A stretch of 64,000 nt of DNA from Asterias rubens (Eukaryota): NCBI RefSeq assembly GCF_902459465.1, contig NC_047067.1, positions 15,190,001-15,254,000 of the forward strand. Reading direction: 5' to 3'. The translations under genes and the position numbers were made by a program. Positions 1-10,840 of this stretch are shown piece by piece. The notes under the pieces are model-generated. The model saw only the letters and a program-made list of their open reading frames with translations, was not told the origin of the DNA and made no database searches. Numbering within the stretch: the first letter of the stretch is position 1; each line of letters opens with the position of its first letter.

Positions 1-120
1 AGGCTAACCCTTGCTCCTCTAGCCAACTCTCGTCCCCCATAATGATGTCGAAACAACGCACAAAATTATCTGTTCGATTCTTCATGGTTTAAATTGAGTG
101 CAGGATAATTTTAACAAGGC

Positions 121-789
121 CATTAAATCGAAGAAATGGAGATGGGCAGCCGTCGATTTCGAAGTGTTTGCTGCACAGCGCTGGAAAAGACGTCCGACCG
201 GACCACTTTGCAAACTGACCCCATCTTTAGTTGTTTTGCTGCATCCAGCAGCAATACACCTGGTCGACATTGCCGGAAAAAATGCAAGAAAAAAACTTTT
301 TCGAAACGTAAAACTCACGACTATTATTATTATTATTATTACTATTATGCATTTAGGTACGCTTGGTAAAACCATGTCACAGCGTTTACAAAGAGCAATA
401 TATTAAACATTATACAAACAAACAACAATAAAAGAAAAAAAAAATCAATTAGGAAAGACGTATGTTTTGAGAATCTTCTTAAACACATTCACTGTTTCAG
501 CAGATTTAATATAGGAGGGAAGTTCATTCCACTCTTTAGCTGCTGTAACAGTGAATGTTCGATCTCCCGCTTTACTGTGAGTCATGGGAAAAGTAAGGCG
601 AAAAGGATCTGCGTTGGAGCGAAGATTTGTACGCAAATGTCGATACAACAACTCAAGACATTCATTAAAATACACGACTAGGACTTGAATGTACATGGAG
701 GTACGTGTGTTCGATGTTCGATCGAGGCAAAGACTGCCTCGATTGGCGTCACAAAAGGGGTAGGCGGAGTCACCCCCACACAACTTTAG
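121..789 (-). mobile_element. Decayed Kolobok-type DNA transposon end carrying a broken THAP-domain start, interrupted by a LINE
   Basis: The minus strand reads MSTRCIAAGCSKTTKDGVSL from the ATG at 270, then in a shifted frame KWSGRTSFPALCSKHFE, giving both halves of a THAP C2CH motif with the middle deleted. 230-322 and 681-789 match the TTAA-flanked element at 50361-51055. Confidence 0.65.
324..672 (-). mobile_element. 5'-truncated L2/CR1-group LINE 3' end
   Basis: Translates as ...SKAGDRTFTVTAAKEWNELPSYIKSAETVNVFKKILKTYVF*, a typical L2/Crack ORF2 C-terminus. It has an (AAT)n tail and an 8-bp TSD CACGACTA at 316-323 and 673-680. Confidence 0.85.
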
Positions 790-875
790 TAAAACTGGTG
801 AGATAATCGGAAACTAAGCATCAGCCGCAGAGGGATACCATGCAGTTTGAACAATTGTTTTTAATTCAAATCAGG

Positions 876-988
876 CCGAAACGGCGACTTCGGGTAGAGC
901 TACGGCTACATCGCGCATGTCTGCCTATCCTTCAACACTAACAGACGCGCTGATCTAGCCGTAGCTCTAGCCGAAGTCGCCGTTTCGG
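876..988. mobile_element. Short palindromic MITE
   Basis: CCGAAACGGCGACTTCGGGTAGAGCTACGGCTA ... TAGCCGTAGCTCTAGCCGAAGTCGCCGTTTCGG, a near-perfect 33-bp inverted repeat. Confidence 0.7.
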
Positions 989-1336
989 GAACGGTCATAT
1001 ATTCTCTTTTCACACTTTAGTGCTGTCAGTTTCTAAACTCCCATACTATGTCTACCAGTTGAATCAGTAAGATCGTCAATCATTTACTGTGGTCCTAATT
1101 ATTGGTCGATGTCAGTTAACTCTCGGTTTACGACTGACAGCATGTTGCTATAGTGATGATTTCAATGTTTACAAGGGAGTCAACTAATGCACTGGGCATA
1201 TACTGCTGGAAAAAGGTTAATTTTTGATGTCAATATTTAGTAGTCCCGCACGTCCTGTCATTAGCAGGCGTATAGGTTGATTGTGCAAACGTACGACGCT
1301 CAGAATACTGCCAACTGCGAATGCGAAGGTGAAAAT

Positions 1337-2476
1337 ATGGAGAATTTTACTGCAGATAATATTTCTTCTCTTCACCAGTGCCCAAACGACACCGTTTGTA
1401 TTTTAGAAGCTATTTTAGTTATTGGCGTAGCTTTTCTGACTTTGATATCAAATATAATGAACATAACTGTTCTGTTGACAACACAGGCCTTTCGAAACAG
1501 TCACGGCTACTTATTGATGTCACTCAGCGTGGCTGATTTAGGAACGGGTGCCGTTGCTGCTCTGTCTATCTACCCGTCCGCTACTCTCCGAGTCAGTCCG
1601 GACTCCTGGCCGTACGGAGACACCGTTTGTTTGATCTCGGCATCCATTTTGCAAATTTGTCTTTCAAACTCTGGATTCACGTTGTGTCTTATGAGTATTG
1701 AGCGGTACATAGCAGTCGCCCACCCACTCAAATATTCAAGACTTGTAACTACAAGAAAAACGCTCATACTTATCGCAATAGGATGGTTAACTGCAGTGTT
1801 GCTTACTGTTGTCAGTGTTCCGAAACACATGTATACCGGGTTTCTGTACGTATGCATTCCATCACTGGGCGCTAATTCTGTATTTGCATGCGGATTGATC
1901 TTTGGAGCTCTACTTTGTCTTAAAGTTACTGTCATAACCTCAGTGATTGTCAGAAAGAAATTGGAGAAGAACGCCAAACGGTTTGCCAACCCTTCACAAT
2001 CCTCCTCGAGTCAAGACACCCATTCATCTCCCGGAACATCCCCCAGGACCATCAAACTGTTCCGAATGGTAAGGGTTATGGCAGTCGCTGTAGTAGTTTG
2101 CTGGTTTCCGTTTGTGTGTTTACTTGTCATAAACATCTCTTTCGACATCGTTGTGCCCCAGGTTATCTGGTTTCTAACATTCTGGATGCTGGTTTCCAAT
2201 GGTTATGTCAACTCTTTCATCTATTTTGTGATGAACAAAACATTTCACAGCCGCGTCGAAGAGATTTGGGAGCAACTTACTCCTTCGTGCTTTCATCGAC
2301 TGAGCGATTTGGAACAAAACTTAGACTGTACTTCCTGCATCTGCAGCAAAGGCATACAAGTGGAACTGAATACGTCTGGGGACAATACCAATAAGACACA
2401 AGACACGTATGTAAACTCTGTCGAACTTGTGAAAATAAAAGTACATGGTGTCGACAACGAGGAATTTGGAAAATGA
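1337..2476 (+). CDS. Rhodopsin-class (class A) GPCR 1, single coding exon, 379 aa, chemoreceptor-like
   Basis: Seven hydrophobic segments with LSVAD (TM2), WPYG-C (ECL1/TM3), ERY, CWFP (TM6), NSFIY (TM7) and a Cys-rich tail. The ATG at 1337 (AATATGG) aligns with the GPCR2 start. Confidence 0.95.
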   Translation: MENFTADNISSLHQCPNDTVCILEAILVIGVAFLTLISNIMNITVLLTTQAFRNSHGYLLMSLSVADLGTGAVAALSIYPSATLRVSPDSWPYGDTVCLISASILQICLSNSGFTLCLMSIERYIAVAHPLKYSRLVTTRKTLILIAIGWLTAVLLTVVSVPKHMYTGFLYVCIPSLGANSVFACGLIFGALLCLKVTVITSVIVRKKLEKNAKRFANPSQSSSSQDTHSSPGTSPRTIKLFRMVRVMAVAVVVCWFPFVCLLVINISFDIVVPQVIWFLTFWMLVSNGYVNSFIYFVMNKTFHSRVEEIWEQLTPSCFHRLSDLEQNLDCTSCICSKGIQVELNTSGDNTNKTQDTYVNSVELVKIKVHGVDNEEFGK

Positions 2477-3043
2477 ACTTTGTGCCAATCGAACATAATT
2501 GTTTAAGAGGAACGGTCGTTATGACACTCATTAGTTGAACTCTTTGAAAATTAAAGCACAATTTGAAGCAATTTGTTAGTTCTAGTAAAGTTAATGGGTA
2601 GGCCTACGATATTTTGTCAAAAAGAATAACCTCGTTTTTGATTATTTAGAGGAAAATCCTGTTTACTAGTTTCGAGTTACTCCTGTAATTTGCTTCTTAA
2701 TTTAACTGTCAACACTGGTTTTGAAGTATTAAAAAGTCCACGATTCGACATATAAAAAAATAAATAAATTGCATCAAAACTGTTATGTGAGGTCAGCAAA
2801 AGCGACAATTGTGTACCGAGGTGGCCACGCGTCTTTATCCACACGGATGGATAGTGACAGGTATAGAACCAGTGATTTAATAGGATACAATGATTTATTT
2901 CAATACGCTTGCAGTGCGGTAAGCTTTCCATATCAGTCTGTGTTTGGATTGGCACAAGGTGACGTTTGCCAGTGCACCAATCAAAACACAGATATGGAAG
3001 TCTGCAGCCATGCAGGATGTGCAAATGTTTATGAAGTTTTTGA

Positions 3044-3633
3044 TTAAGGGAATCAATGTGTGGTGAAGAGGTTTTCAACAAGTGGTTTAATCCCAACGAG
3101 GCCTGCCGTCGATTTCAAAAAACTCTTCCTAACTTAAGACTAATCTTAGGACTTAGGACGAGTCCCAACCCTGCACTGTAGAATGCAGACCTTAAGATTC
3201 CTAAGTTAGGAAGAGTTACTCGTCCTAACTCGAGATAAGACGAGTCCTAACTCTTTGTGAAATCGACGGCTGGTTCTTGATAATTTTACCGAGACGAAGT
3301 CGAGGTAAATTATTAAAACCAGGCCTCGGCGGGTTTAAACCCCTAGTTGAAAACCGATTCAACACACTTTAAATTTCCATTCATAAATACCTTTTCAGTC
3401 AAAAACATCATCACTTTTTGGTCAAAAAGTAAAATAAATGTAAAAATTATAATTGTTAAATGATTTCTTTCAACACAACACCCCTCCAGCTATGAAATGG
3501 TAAAGCCCTCCGCCGCCCTTGTGTAAACAACTCCTTATAAGGGAATGATGTGCGCGTCGCGCGTATCGCGTGATGTGGCACATTGTTTCAGCCGTTGCTC
3601 TCGACCGATAGGAATGAAGAAACTGTCTTATAA
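3044..3633 (+). mobile_element. Dispersed repeat family E (non-autonomous, possibly Crypton-like), with a nested MITE
   Basis: Colinear with 63047-63460 apart from the 3106-3269 insertion. Carries the hairpin GATAATTTTACCGAGACGAAGTCGAGGTAAATTAT. The superfamily is inferred only. Confidence 0.6.
3106..3269. mobile_element. Harbinger/PIF-like MITE with 3-bp CTG TSD
   Basis: 12-bp perfect TIR CCGTCGATTTCA/TGAAATCGACGG, with CTG duplicated at 3103-3105 and 3270-3272. The empty site GAGGCCTGGTTCTTG is visible in the sister repeat near 63090-63105. Confidence 0.85.
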
Positions 3634-3660
3634 CTTAGGATGGGTTTCTTACGCTTCTCT

Positions 3661-4053
3661 TTAAGGAACACGTTGCCTTGGATCGGACGAGTTGGTCTAT
3701 ACAAAGCGTTTGTAACCGTTTTTTTTATAAAATGCATACGGTTGGAAATAATGTTTTAAAAGTAGAATACAATGATCCACACAAGTTTGCCTCGAAATTG
3801 CGTGGTTTTCCTTTTACTGTGCGAACTATACTAACACGGTCGGCCATTTATGGGAGTCAAAAATTTGACTCCCATAAATGGCCGACCGTGTTAGTGGACG
3901 CGCTAAAAGGAAAACCGTGCAAGTTCGAGGCATGTTTATGTGGATCATTGTATTCTACTTTTACAACATCTTTTTACCCATAAAGTTTATAAAAAACGGT
4001 TACAAACGCTTTATAGACTAACTCGACCGATCTAAGGCAACGTGTTCCTTTAA
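3661..4053. mobile_element. Kolobok-type MITE, family D
   Basis: TTAAGGAACACGTTGCCTTGGATCGG ... CCGATCTAAGGCAACGTGTTCCTTTAA, palindromic across its whole length. Confidence 0.8.
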
Positions 4054-4211
4054 TATTCATGCATGACGTCATAATTTTTCGCCCAAAATGAGGCCATAGG
4101 CGCACGTCCGCCTGTATAAACAAATCAGTTTTTAAGTATATTTTAATCCTCTTGTTGTTCTTCTTTTTTGGAAACTGTGAAATCTTTTTACTCTAACTAT
4201 TTGTATTTTTT

Positions 4212-4586
4212 TTAAGCCATTTGACACTTTCGGTACAGAAAAAAATAAATGTTCACAGATTTACAAATAATTTTCAGGGTCTACAGAAGGTAATGGTGAA
4301 AGACTTCTCTTGAAATATTATTTCATGAAATGCTTTACTTTTTGAGAAAACATTAAAACAATATCAATTTTCGATATCGAGAATTACGGATTTATTTTAA
4401 ACACATGTCATGACACGGCGAAATGTGCGTAAACAAGGGTGGGTTTTCCCGTTATTTTCTCCCGCCCCGATGACCGATTGAGCCTTAATTTTCACAGGTT
4501 TGTTATTTTAATTTATATATAAGTTGTGAAACACGAAGTGTGGGCCTTGGACAATACTGTGTACCGAAAGTGTCCAATGGCTTTAA
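4212..4586. mobile_element. Kolobok-type MITE, family C
   Basis: TTAAGCCATTTGACACTTTCGGTAC ... GTACCGAAAGTGTCCAATGGCTTTAA; same family as 51884-52255. Confidence 0.8.
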
Positions 4587-5042
4587 TTAAGGTTTTTCTT
4601 TTTTCCTTTGTTTTATTACACTGGACCATTACAGATCTTTAAATAAATAAATAAACAAATAAATAAATAAATTCTGTGTTGTAATATTTCTCCAGTATAC
4701 ATCTTTGTTATTCAATTATTCTCAAACTACTGATTGATCAAAATTAATGTCAATTTCCTTGAGAAATACAGTTTGATCTGTGTGAACTATCATTTTGTGT
4801 TTTAAACTTTCTCAAAATATAAACAATCAGATTTTACATCATTTCAAACGTACATACAACTCTTGGAACTTGTTCCCGGTTGAACATTGATATCAGTGAG
4901 CTTTCAGATCGAAACTGAGTTGTTGCTACTCAATATGAACTTATTCTGCTCTTGCTTTCACATTAAGCTAAAGTCTTACAACCATTCTCTCAAATGTGTC
5001 TACTGCGTATGCTGAGGCTGACACTGTTGTTTACCAAAGTAA

Positions 5043-5233
5043 AGCCCGGTTCATACTTCCTGCGAATGCGAATGCGATACGCATGTTGACGTCACAAACT
5101 CGCGAAGAATAATTCGCAGCAGTTCAACTTTGCTCAACTCACTTGCGAATATCGCTACGAAAGGAGGGTTTTGACGTCAAATTCATGTCAAATTCGCTTC
5201 GCATTTGCATTCCCATGAAATATGAACCGGGCT
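5043..5233. mobile_element. Harbinger-like MITE
   Basis: TIR AGCCCGGTTCATA/TATGAACCGGGCT with TAA/TAG flanks. Confidence 0.7.
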
Positions 5234-6248
5234 TAGTACTCACTGACCCATAATTCCCATAGTCCGTTTATGAAGAGTACACAGTGTAAGGCCATGTTTG
5301 ACGTAGACTGGTATATCCGCAAGGATAAAGACAGGTACTTGCTTTTTAGAACCAGTGATTTCATTGGATACGATGACGTCATATAATGAACATGCAGTGA
5401 GGTGAGCTTTTCCATACTGGTCTCAGAGGTGAAGTGGGTGGAGCGGACAGAAATCACCTCGGACCAATCAAAACACAGATATGGAACGCTTCTTTCGTTC
5501 ATCTATACATGCAGTGTCCATGTGTATCATGTACGCTATATGTAATGTTAGTTTGTCTTGTTTTGGGTGCATAATGTGAAATAAAGGAGGTGAAATGTGA
5601 TTTTGGACAGGGATTAACCTAGGCTAGAGACCACTATCTGGCGTAATTCACGAGCCTCAAAATGTGACATCAGATGTTCAGACTAACGCTGACGGCCTCT
5701 GTAGTTAGTATTGCGGGACAAGGCCTTTCGAAATTTCGTTTCCGGTATTGCCTTTAAAGGTGTCATGTGTTGGTCAATTGTAGGCGAAGTATGGAAAAGA
5801 AATGCAGTATAAAAAGTCGTCTTTGTCATTTAGTGTGCTTGCTGGAAACTTTCTTTACACTCGTTTATTAACGTGGAGGTCCAAACAGTTAACGAAAATA
5901 TTGTTCAATCACCTTATCCAGTGCAGATAGAACATACATCACATACTGATTTTGGATTTGTTTTGCTCTCAAAACCTATGCCAACGTGTGTCTTTATCTT
6001 GGCCCGGGCCCTGACACATAAATCTATGATTACATAACTTAATCTGACGCACATCCAACGTGAACGGATACGGTTATCGTATTATCCGTATCCGTAGCAA
6101 AAGAGTTGGGTTGGTGTTGGTGTACTTTTTGTAGGACATCAACATATTTACAATAAACGAAGTCATTGATTGAAGGTAATGCTGGCAGAAAGCTTCATTG
6201 TAGTAAGCTACGAGTAGCTTCTAAAGCTGACAACTGCGAATATCAACC

Positions 6249-7346
6249 ATGGGGAATTTTACTGCTGATAATAGTTCTTCTCTTTACCAGTGCCCAAACA
6301 ATACCGTTTGTATTTTAGAAGCTATTTTCATTATTGGCGTAGCTTTTCTGACTTTGGTATTAAACACTATGAATATAGTTGTTCTGTTGACAACACCGGC
6401 CTTTCGAAACAGTCACGGCTACTTATTGCTGTCACTCAGCGTGGCTGATTTAGGAACGGGTGCCGTTGCTGCGCTGTCTATCTACCCGTCCGCTACTCTC
6501 CGAGTCAGTCCGGACTCCTGGCCGTACGGGGACACCGTTTGTTTGATCTCGGCATACGCAATACAGATTTGTCTCTCAAACTCCGGATTCACGTTGACTC
6601 TAATGAGTATTGAGCGGTACATAGCAGTCACCCATCCACTCAAATATTCAAGACTTGTGACGAAAAGAAGAACACTCCTGGTTATCGCAATAGGATGGAT
6701 GCTCACAGTGTTGGTCTACGTTGTTGGTGACCTAAGGAAAACATTCTCTAGCGTTGTGTACGCATGCGTTCCACGACTGGATGATATGTCTGTTTTTGCA
6801 TACTTATTGTTCTTCGTTGGAGTACTACCTAGTCTTATAGTTATTGTCATAACCTCAGTGATTGTTAGTAAGAAGTTAGAACAGAACGAGAAACGGCTTG
6901 CCAAACTTGCACTATCCACGGCGAGTCCCGACACCATTTCAACCCCAGCAGGAACATCACCCAGGACCATCAAACTGTTTCATTTGGTAAGGGTTATGGC
7001 ATTCGCTATAGTAATTTGCTGGGTTCCATTTTTGTGCCTATTTGTCACAACCATCTCTTTCGATTTTGTTGTGCCCCAAGTGATATTTTTTCTCGTTTTT
7101 TGGTTGGTGGTTTCCAACGGTTTTATCAATTCCATCATCTATTTTGTGATGAACAAAACATTTCACAGCCGCGTCGAAGAGATTTGGGAGCAACTTACTC
7201 CTTCGTGCTGTCGTCGATTGAACGAGTTGGAAAAAAACTTAGACTGTACTTCCTGTATCTGCAGCAAAGGCATACAAGTGGAACCGAATACGTCTGGGGA
7301 CAATATCAACAATATATCACCAGGACACTCATGCAAAATCGTCTGA
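6249..7346 (+). CDS. Rhodopsin-class GPCR 2, single coding exon, 365 aa, close paralog of GPCR1
   Basis: Open 7TM frame with LSVAD, ERY, CWVP and NSIIY, starting at ACCATGG. The distal tail is shifted by a 4-nt insertion near 7311-7320. Confidence 0.95.
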   Translation: MGNFTADNSSSLYQCPNNTVCILEAIFIIGVAFLTLVLNTMNIVVLLTTPAFRNSHGYLLLSLSVADLGTGAVAALSIYPSATLRVSPDSWPYGDTVCLISAYAIQICLSNSGFTLTLMSIERYIAVTHPLKYSRLVTKRRTLLVIAIGWMLTVLVYVVGDLRKTFSSVVYACVPRLDDMSVFAYLLFFVGVLPSLIVIVITSVIVSKKLEQNEKRLAKLALSTASPDTISTPAGTSPRTIKLFHLVRVMAFAIVICWVPFLCLFVTTISFDFVVPQVIFFLVFWLVVSNGFINSIIYFVMNKTFHSRVEEIWEQLTPSCCRRLNELEKNLDCTSCICSKGIQVEPNTSGDNINNISPGHSCKIV

Positions 7347-8234
7347 ACTTGTAAAAGCTAAGGTAAAAGGTGTCAACAGCGGGAATTTTGAAAGTATGTG
7401 CCAACCGGAGAAAATTAGGAAATTACACACTTTGTGTAAACCAAACGTGTAAAAACTGTGAATACTGAAACCCCATGGGTAGTCCAGAAGAGAAGAGTTG
7501 AACTCTAAGAAACTCAAGTTTTTGTCAAACTCTACTGTAAAAGTTGAAACTAAAGATAAAGTACATATATATGTTTTGTCTATAAGAAGTTTAAATAGTT
7601 AGATTTTTGATCATTGTCTGTAAAATCCTGCGTTTTGAGGTGACAGCTCATTCTTATTATTGTCAACAAATCCACGGCCCGATGCATCAACAAACAACAA
7701 CATTGTCACAACATTTGTATAGGGTCATACCAGCAACCATTGTGCACCGAAGCCAGCCTGTCCTGACGGTGATTATTAGAGCATGGAAGAATAAATTCAT
7801 CCATTATTAGAGCAAGGATGAGCTTGGTTGGACGCACTCGCTGTCTTGTCGATGCATTATTAACACTTTTCATGGGTGTGTGAACCTTCAAAACCTTCAG
7901 AAATGTATACTAATGAACACGCCTGGAGTGGTTTTCTAAACATAAAGTTGTCCTTTATACTATAATATGTATGCAGTCTCTTATTATACATGCGGCAGGC
8001 TGAACCAACCGATACAGGTCTAGCCCCATTCCCTACCTCACCGGTATTTTGAACATGTAACACATTTTGGCAGGCCTCATATTTTTACCATCGATTTTAT
8101 TCCCAGTTTTTATTTTCTTGTTTGCGTGTTTGTTTAGTCTTTTTTACCTTTTTGCGCGGGTGTGTTTGGTTTTTTTGTTTGTGTGTTTTTAATGTGTTTG
8201 TTTGTCTGGTGGAGTGTTTGTTTGTCTGGTGGAG

Positions 8235-8377
8235 NNNNNNNNNNNNNNNNNNNNNNNNNNNNNNNNNNNNNNNNNNNNNNNNNNNNNNNNNNNNNNNNNN
8301 NNNNNNNNNNNNNNNNNNNNNNNNNNNNNNNNNNNNNNNNNNNNNNNNNNNNNNNNNNNNNNNNNNNNNNNNNNNNN
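8235..8377. other. Assembly gap (143 N) flanked by GT-rich low-complexity sequence
   Basis: Run of N characters, with TG/TTTG-rich flanks at ~8110-8234 and ~8378-8470. Confidence 0.99.
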
Positions 8378-8744
8378 GGTGTCTGTTGGCGGGGGGGGGT
8401 ATGTTTGTCGGGCTGCTGTTGGGTTTGTTAGTTAAGTGTGCTTGTTAAATATTTATTGTTTTTGTTTTATCTAATTTTAGTTCTCATGACGTCTCTTTTG
8501 ACTTTGCTCTTAATTTTTCAAATTTTCTTGTGTATAAATTTTCTCTCTGCTTTTTAAAATGTTTATTTAATAATGTAAATCTGTATTTTAATTCAGTCTC
8601 TGGACTGCGACAAGCAGATGTTTTTACAATAAACCGGTAATAATAATAATAAACCCGTGTGTGTACCCGATCAACTCCAGTTATCAAGTGGTTTCATCAA
8701 ACTGAACGGTTAATCAAATGGCCTGATTCTGTTCAATCTACTGG

Positions 8745-9286
8745 GCACTGGTCCCTGAGCTGTGAAGTGTTTTTTTTAAACAGGGTCTTAGCATAATATG
8801 TTCGTGTACATCTCAATATTTGGAGATTGTGCAGTAATCACCTGAACCAGAATTGTTCAGTCTGTACACATTGGCAATGGTGACCTATATACCTGTTCTC
8901 ATACTGAAAGCAATGCGGACTTGATGCTTTGCGCCGCCTTTGTGTAACCGATTCCACATCTTTGCAATTTCATCACAGAGCATCGCAATACTGCGCTCAT
9001 AATCACAGACAACCCATTACCAATGATAGTCACGCTCACTTACGTTATGCATACATCCCCAATGACAGCTCAATGGCAGCTCAATGTCATTAAGTGCATC
9101 ACAGACTCATATAAATTACGGCACGCCAAGAAACTAATTATCAAACACACCGGGCAGAAGTTTTAATATAACCGTTCAAATTAATCAAAACAGATCCACC
9201 ATGTCTTATCAATACACTTTTACCGGTCCAAGTTATTACATATAAACCTCGTATCTATATTTATATTTATCATGGCCCGGGCGACG
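8745..9286. repeat. ~540-bp direct copy of the region upstream of GPCR4 (22182-22722)
   Basis: High identity from GCACTGGTCCC to ATGGCCCGGGCGACG in both places. Confidence 0.95.
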
Positions 9287-10524
9287 TACCTCCACTTCCG
9301 GTGATTTTATAGACTTGTGGACAAGTCGTTAAATCGGCCCCACGTGCTGAGATAGTGCTCCCCCGACAACACTGCTCTCGCGCGAACTCACTGCTCTCGC
9401 GCGAACTGATGGCTCCCCGATTTTGACTCCTCATTAACGACTTGTACAAGTTGTCAGCGGTACGTATTCATGTATTCAAGTACGAACGCGGTATACCTTC
9501 ACTGTTGCCGCGGAGACAATCGTGCAGACGAGTCCATTTTTATAAGAGGGTAGTAATAGTTTCTAATACTGTAAAGCTTGAACCGGAGGGCATCTGTGAA
9601 TCTTTTTTATTTTGATTTAACTGCTTTATTAGTTGATTAGGGCCTAACTTTACAAAGTCATCTTCATATGCATTACTATTTATCTGTTTAATATCCGTGA
9701 GCTGCCTCATGCAAATAAATAATGCCCACGGTCAATGGTAATGGTCCAATGCAATCCTTTAACCCGATGTGTTCTGCTCGGACTGTGTACACTGGACAAG
9801 TTGCAACATAAAATATAGTTTGTATTAATACTACCAGTCCCAAAATTCATTATTTGTTTACTGACAAATGTTTTTTATTTTAAGTTTTCATCTAAAAAGT
9901 GATTTTGAAAACCATGGTCGACATGTGGAAGTTTGATATGTGAGTCTTGTGGACAAGTTTCACAGGGCAGTCGTGTGCGGATCGCAGGGATTCCGGAAAA
10001 TTTCAGTAACTCTTTTCAGATGTCGATGTATTTTAAAGGTATTATAGCTAATCATCGACATACACTCTACTTGCCCAAGATATTGCAAGACAAGGTTTCA
10101 TATAGCAGCTGTACTTTTGTTTTGTTTTAAGCAACTGTAACCACGAAAAATACTCCTCACTTCCAAGCAATCATAACAATTAATATAAGGCTCAAATAGG
10201 GTAAAGACACCGTGAAATGCAAAAAAGGAACAGTGACTCAAATTGTAGTTTGCCTCAAACAAAAAACAAGAAACAAATTTATTGATAAATCGATCAACAA
10301 ATGCAAACCAGTGGTTGAAATAAATAAATTAAATTGAGCAATAAACAATGAAAATACCTTCAGACTAATGGATATTGATGGTAGAAACTGTAAATAAAGA
10401 AAATGTGGAGTGTTTCCCTTGCACTTCCAGGTTGCTATATAAACATAGTGAGTAGTTGACTTTTGCAAAACCTGTTCATTACAAAACACTTTAAACAATT
10501 TACAAACTAGGCGAGTGCTAGAAG

Positions 10525-10840
10525 GGTTACAGCTCGATGGCCGAAGGTTCAATAGTCTGAATGTTCGATAGTCCAAATTGACAATAAGGTCCGATAGTCC
10601 GAATTGACAATAAGGTCCGATAGTCCGAATTGACAATAAGGTTTGATCGTCGATTCGGACTATCGGACCTTATTTGGACCAGTGAACCTTCAGATCAATG
10701 AACCTTCGGACTATCGTATCAAATGTACGGGTTAATGAAACCTACTTCATTTTGGGACTAATGAACCCCCTGTTATGGGAAATTTGTGCGTTCGGACAAT
10801 CAAACCTTCGGACTAACGGACCTTCGGGTGGACACCGCTA
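10525..10840. repeat. MITE-like element with three tandem 26-bp subterminal units
   Basis: CCGATAGTCCGAATTGACAATAAGGT x3 (10565-10642), followed by inverted TCGGACTATCG/GAACCTTCGGAC units. Confidence 0.7.

Noticed and set aside
82-375. Host THAP transcription-factor gene
   Set aside because: The domain is internally deleted and frameshifted, and is embedded in transposon-like sequence repeated at 50.4-51.1 kb.
1277-1336. N-terminal extension of GPCR1 from the TTG at 1277
   Set aside because: It relies on a non-ATG start. The ATG at 1337 has good context and aligns with the GPCR2 start.
1570-1989. Antisense and alternative-frame ORFs overlapping the GPCRs (also 6482-6973, 18341-18541, 21763-22020, 27574-27897, 31620-31952 and duplicates)
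   Set aside because: They are shadows of the receptor coding sequence, with no recognisable motifs.
8122-8448. ORFs spanning the N run
   Set aside because: Artefacts of the gap and its GT-rich flanks.
10565-10642. 26-bp repeats considered as a CRISPR array
   Set aside because: The units are directly adjacent with no unique spacers, sit within a MITE-like element in a eukaryotic context, and have no cas genes nearby.
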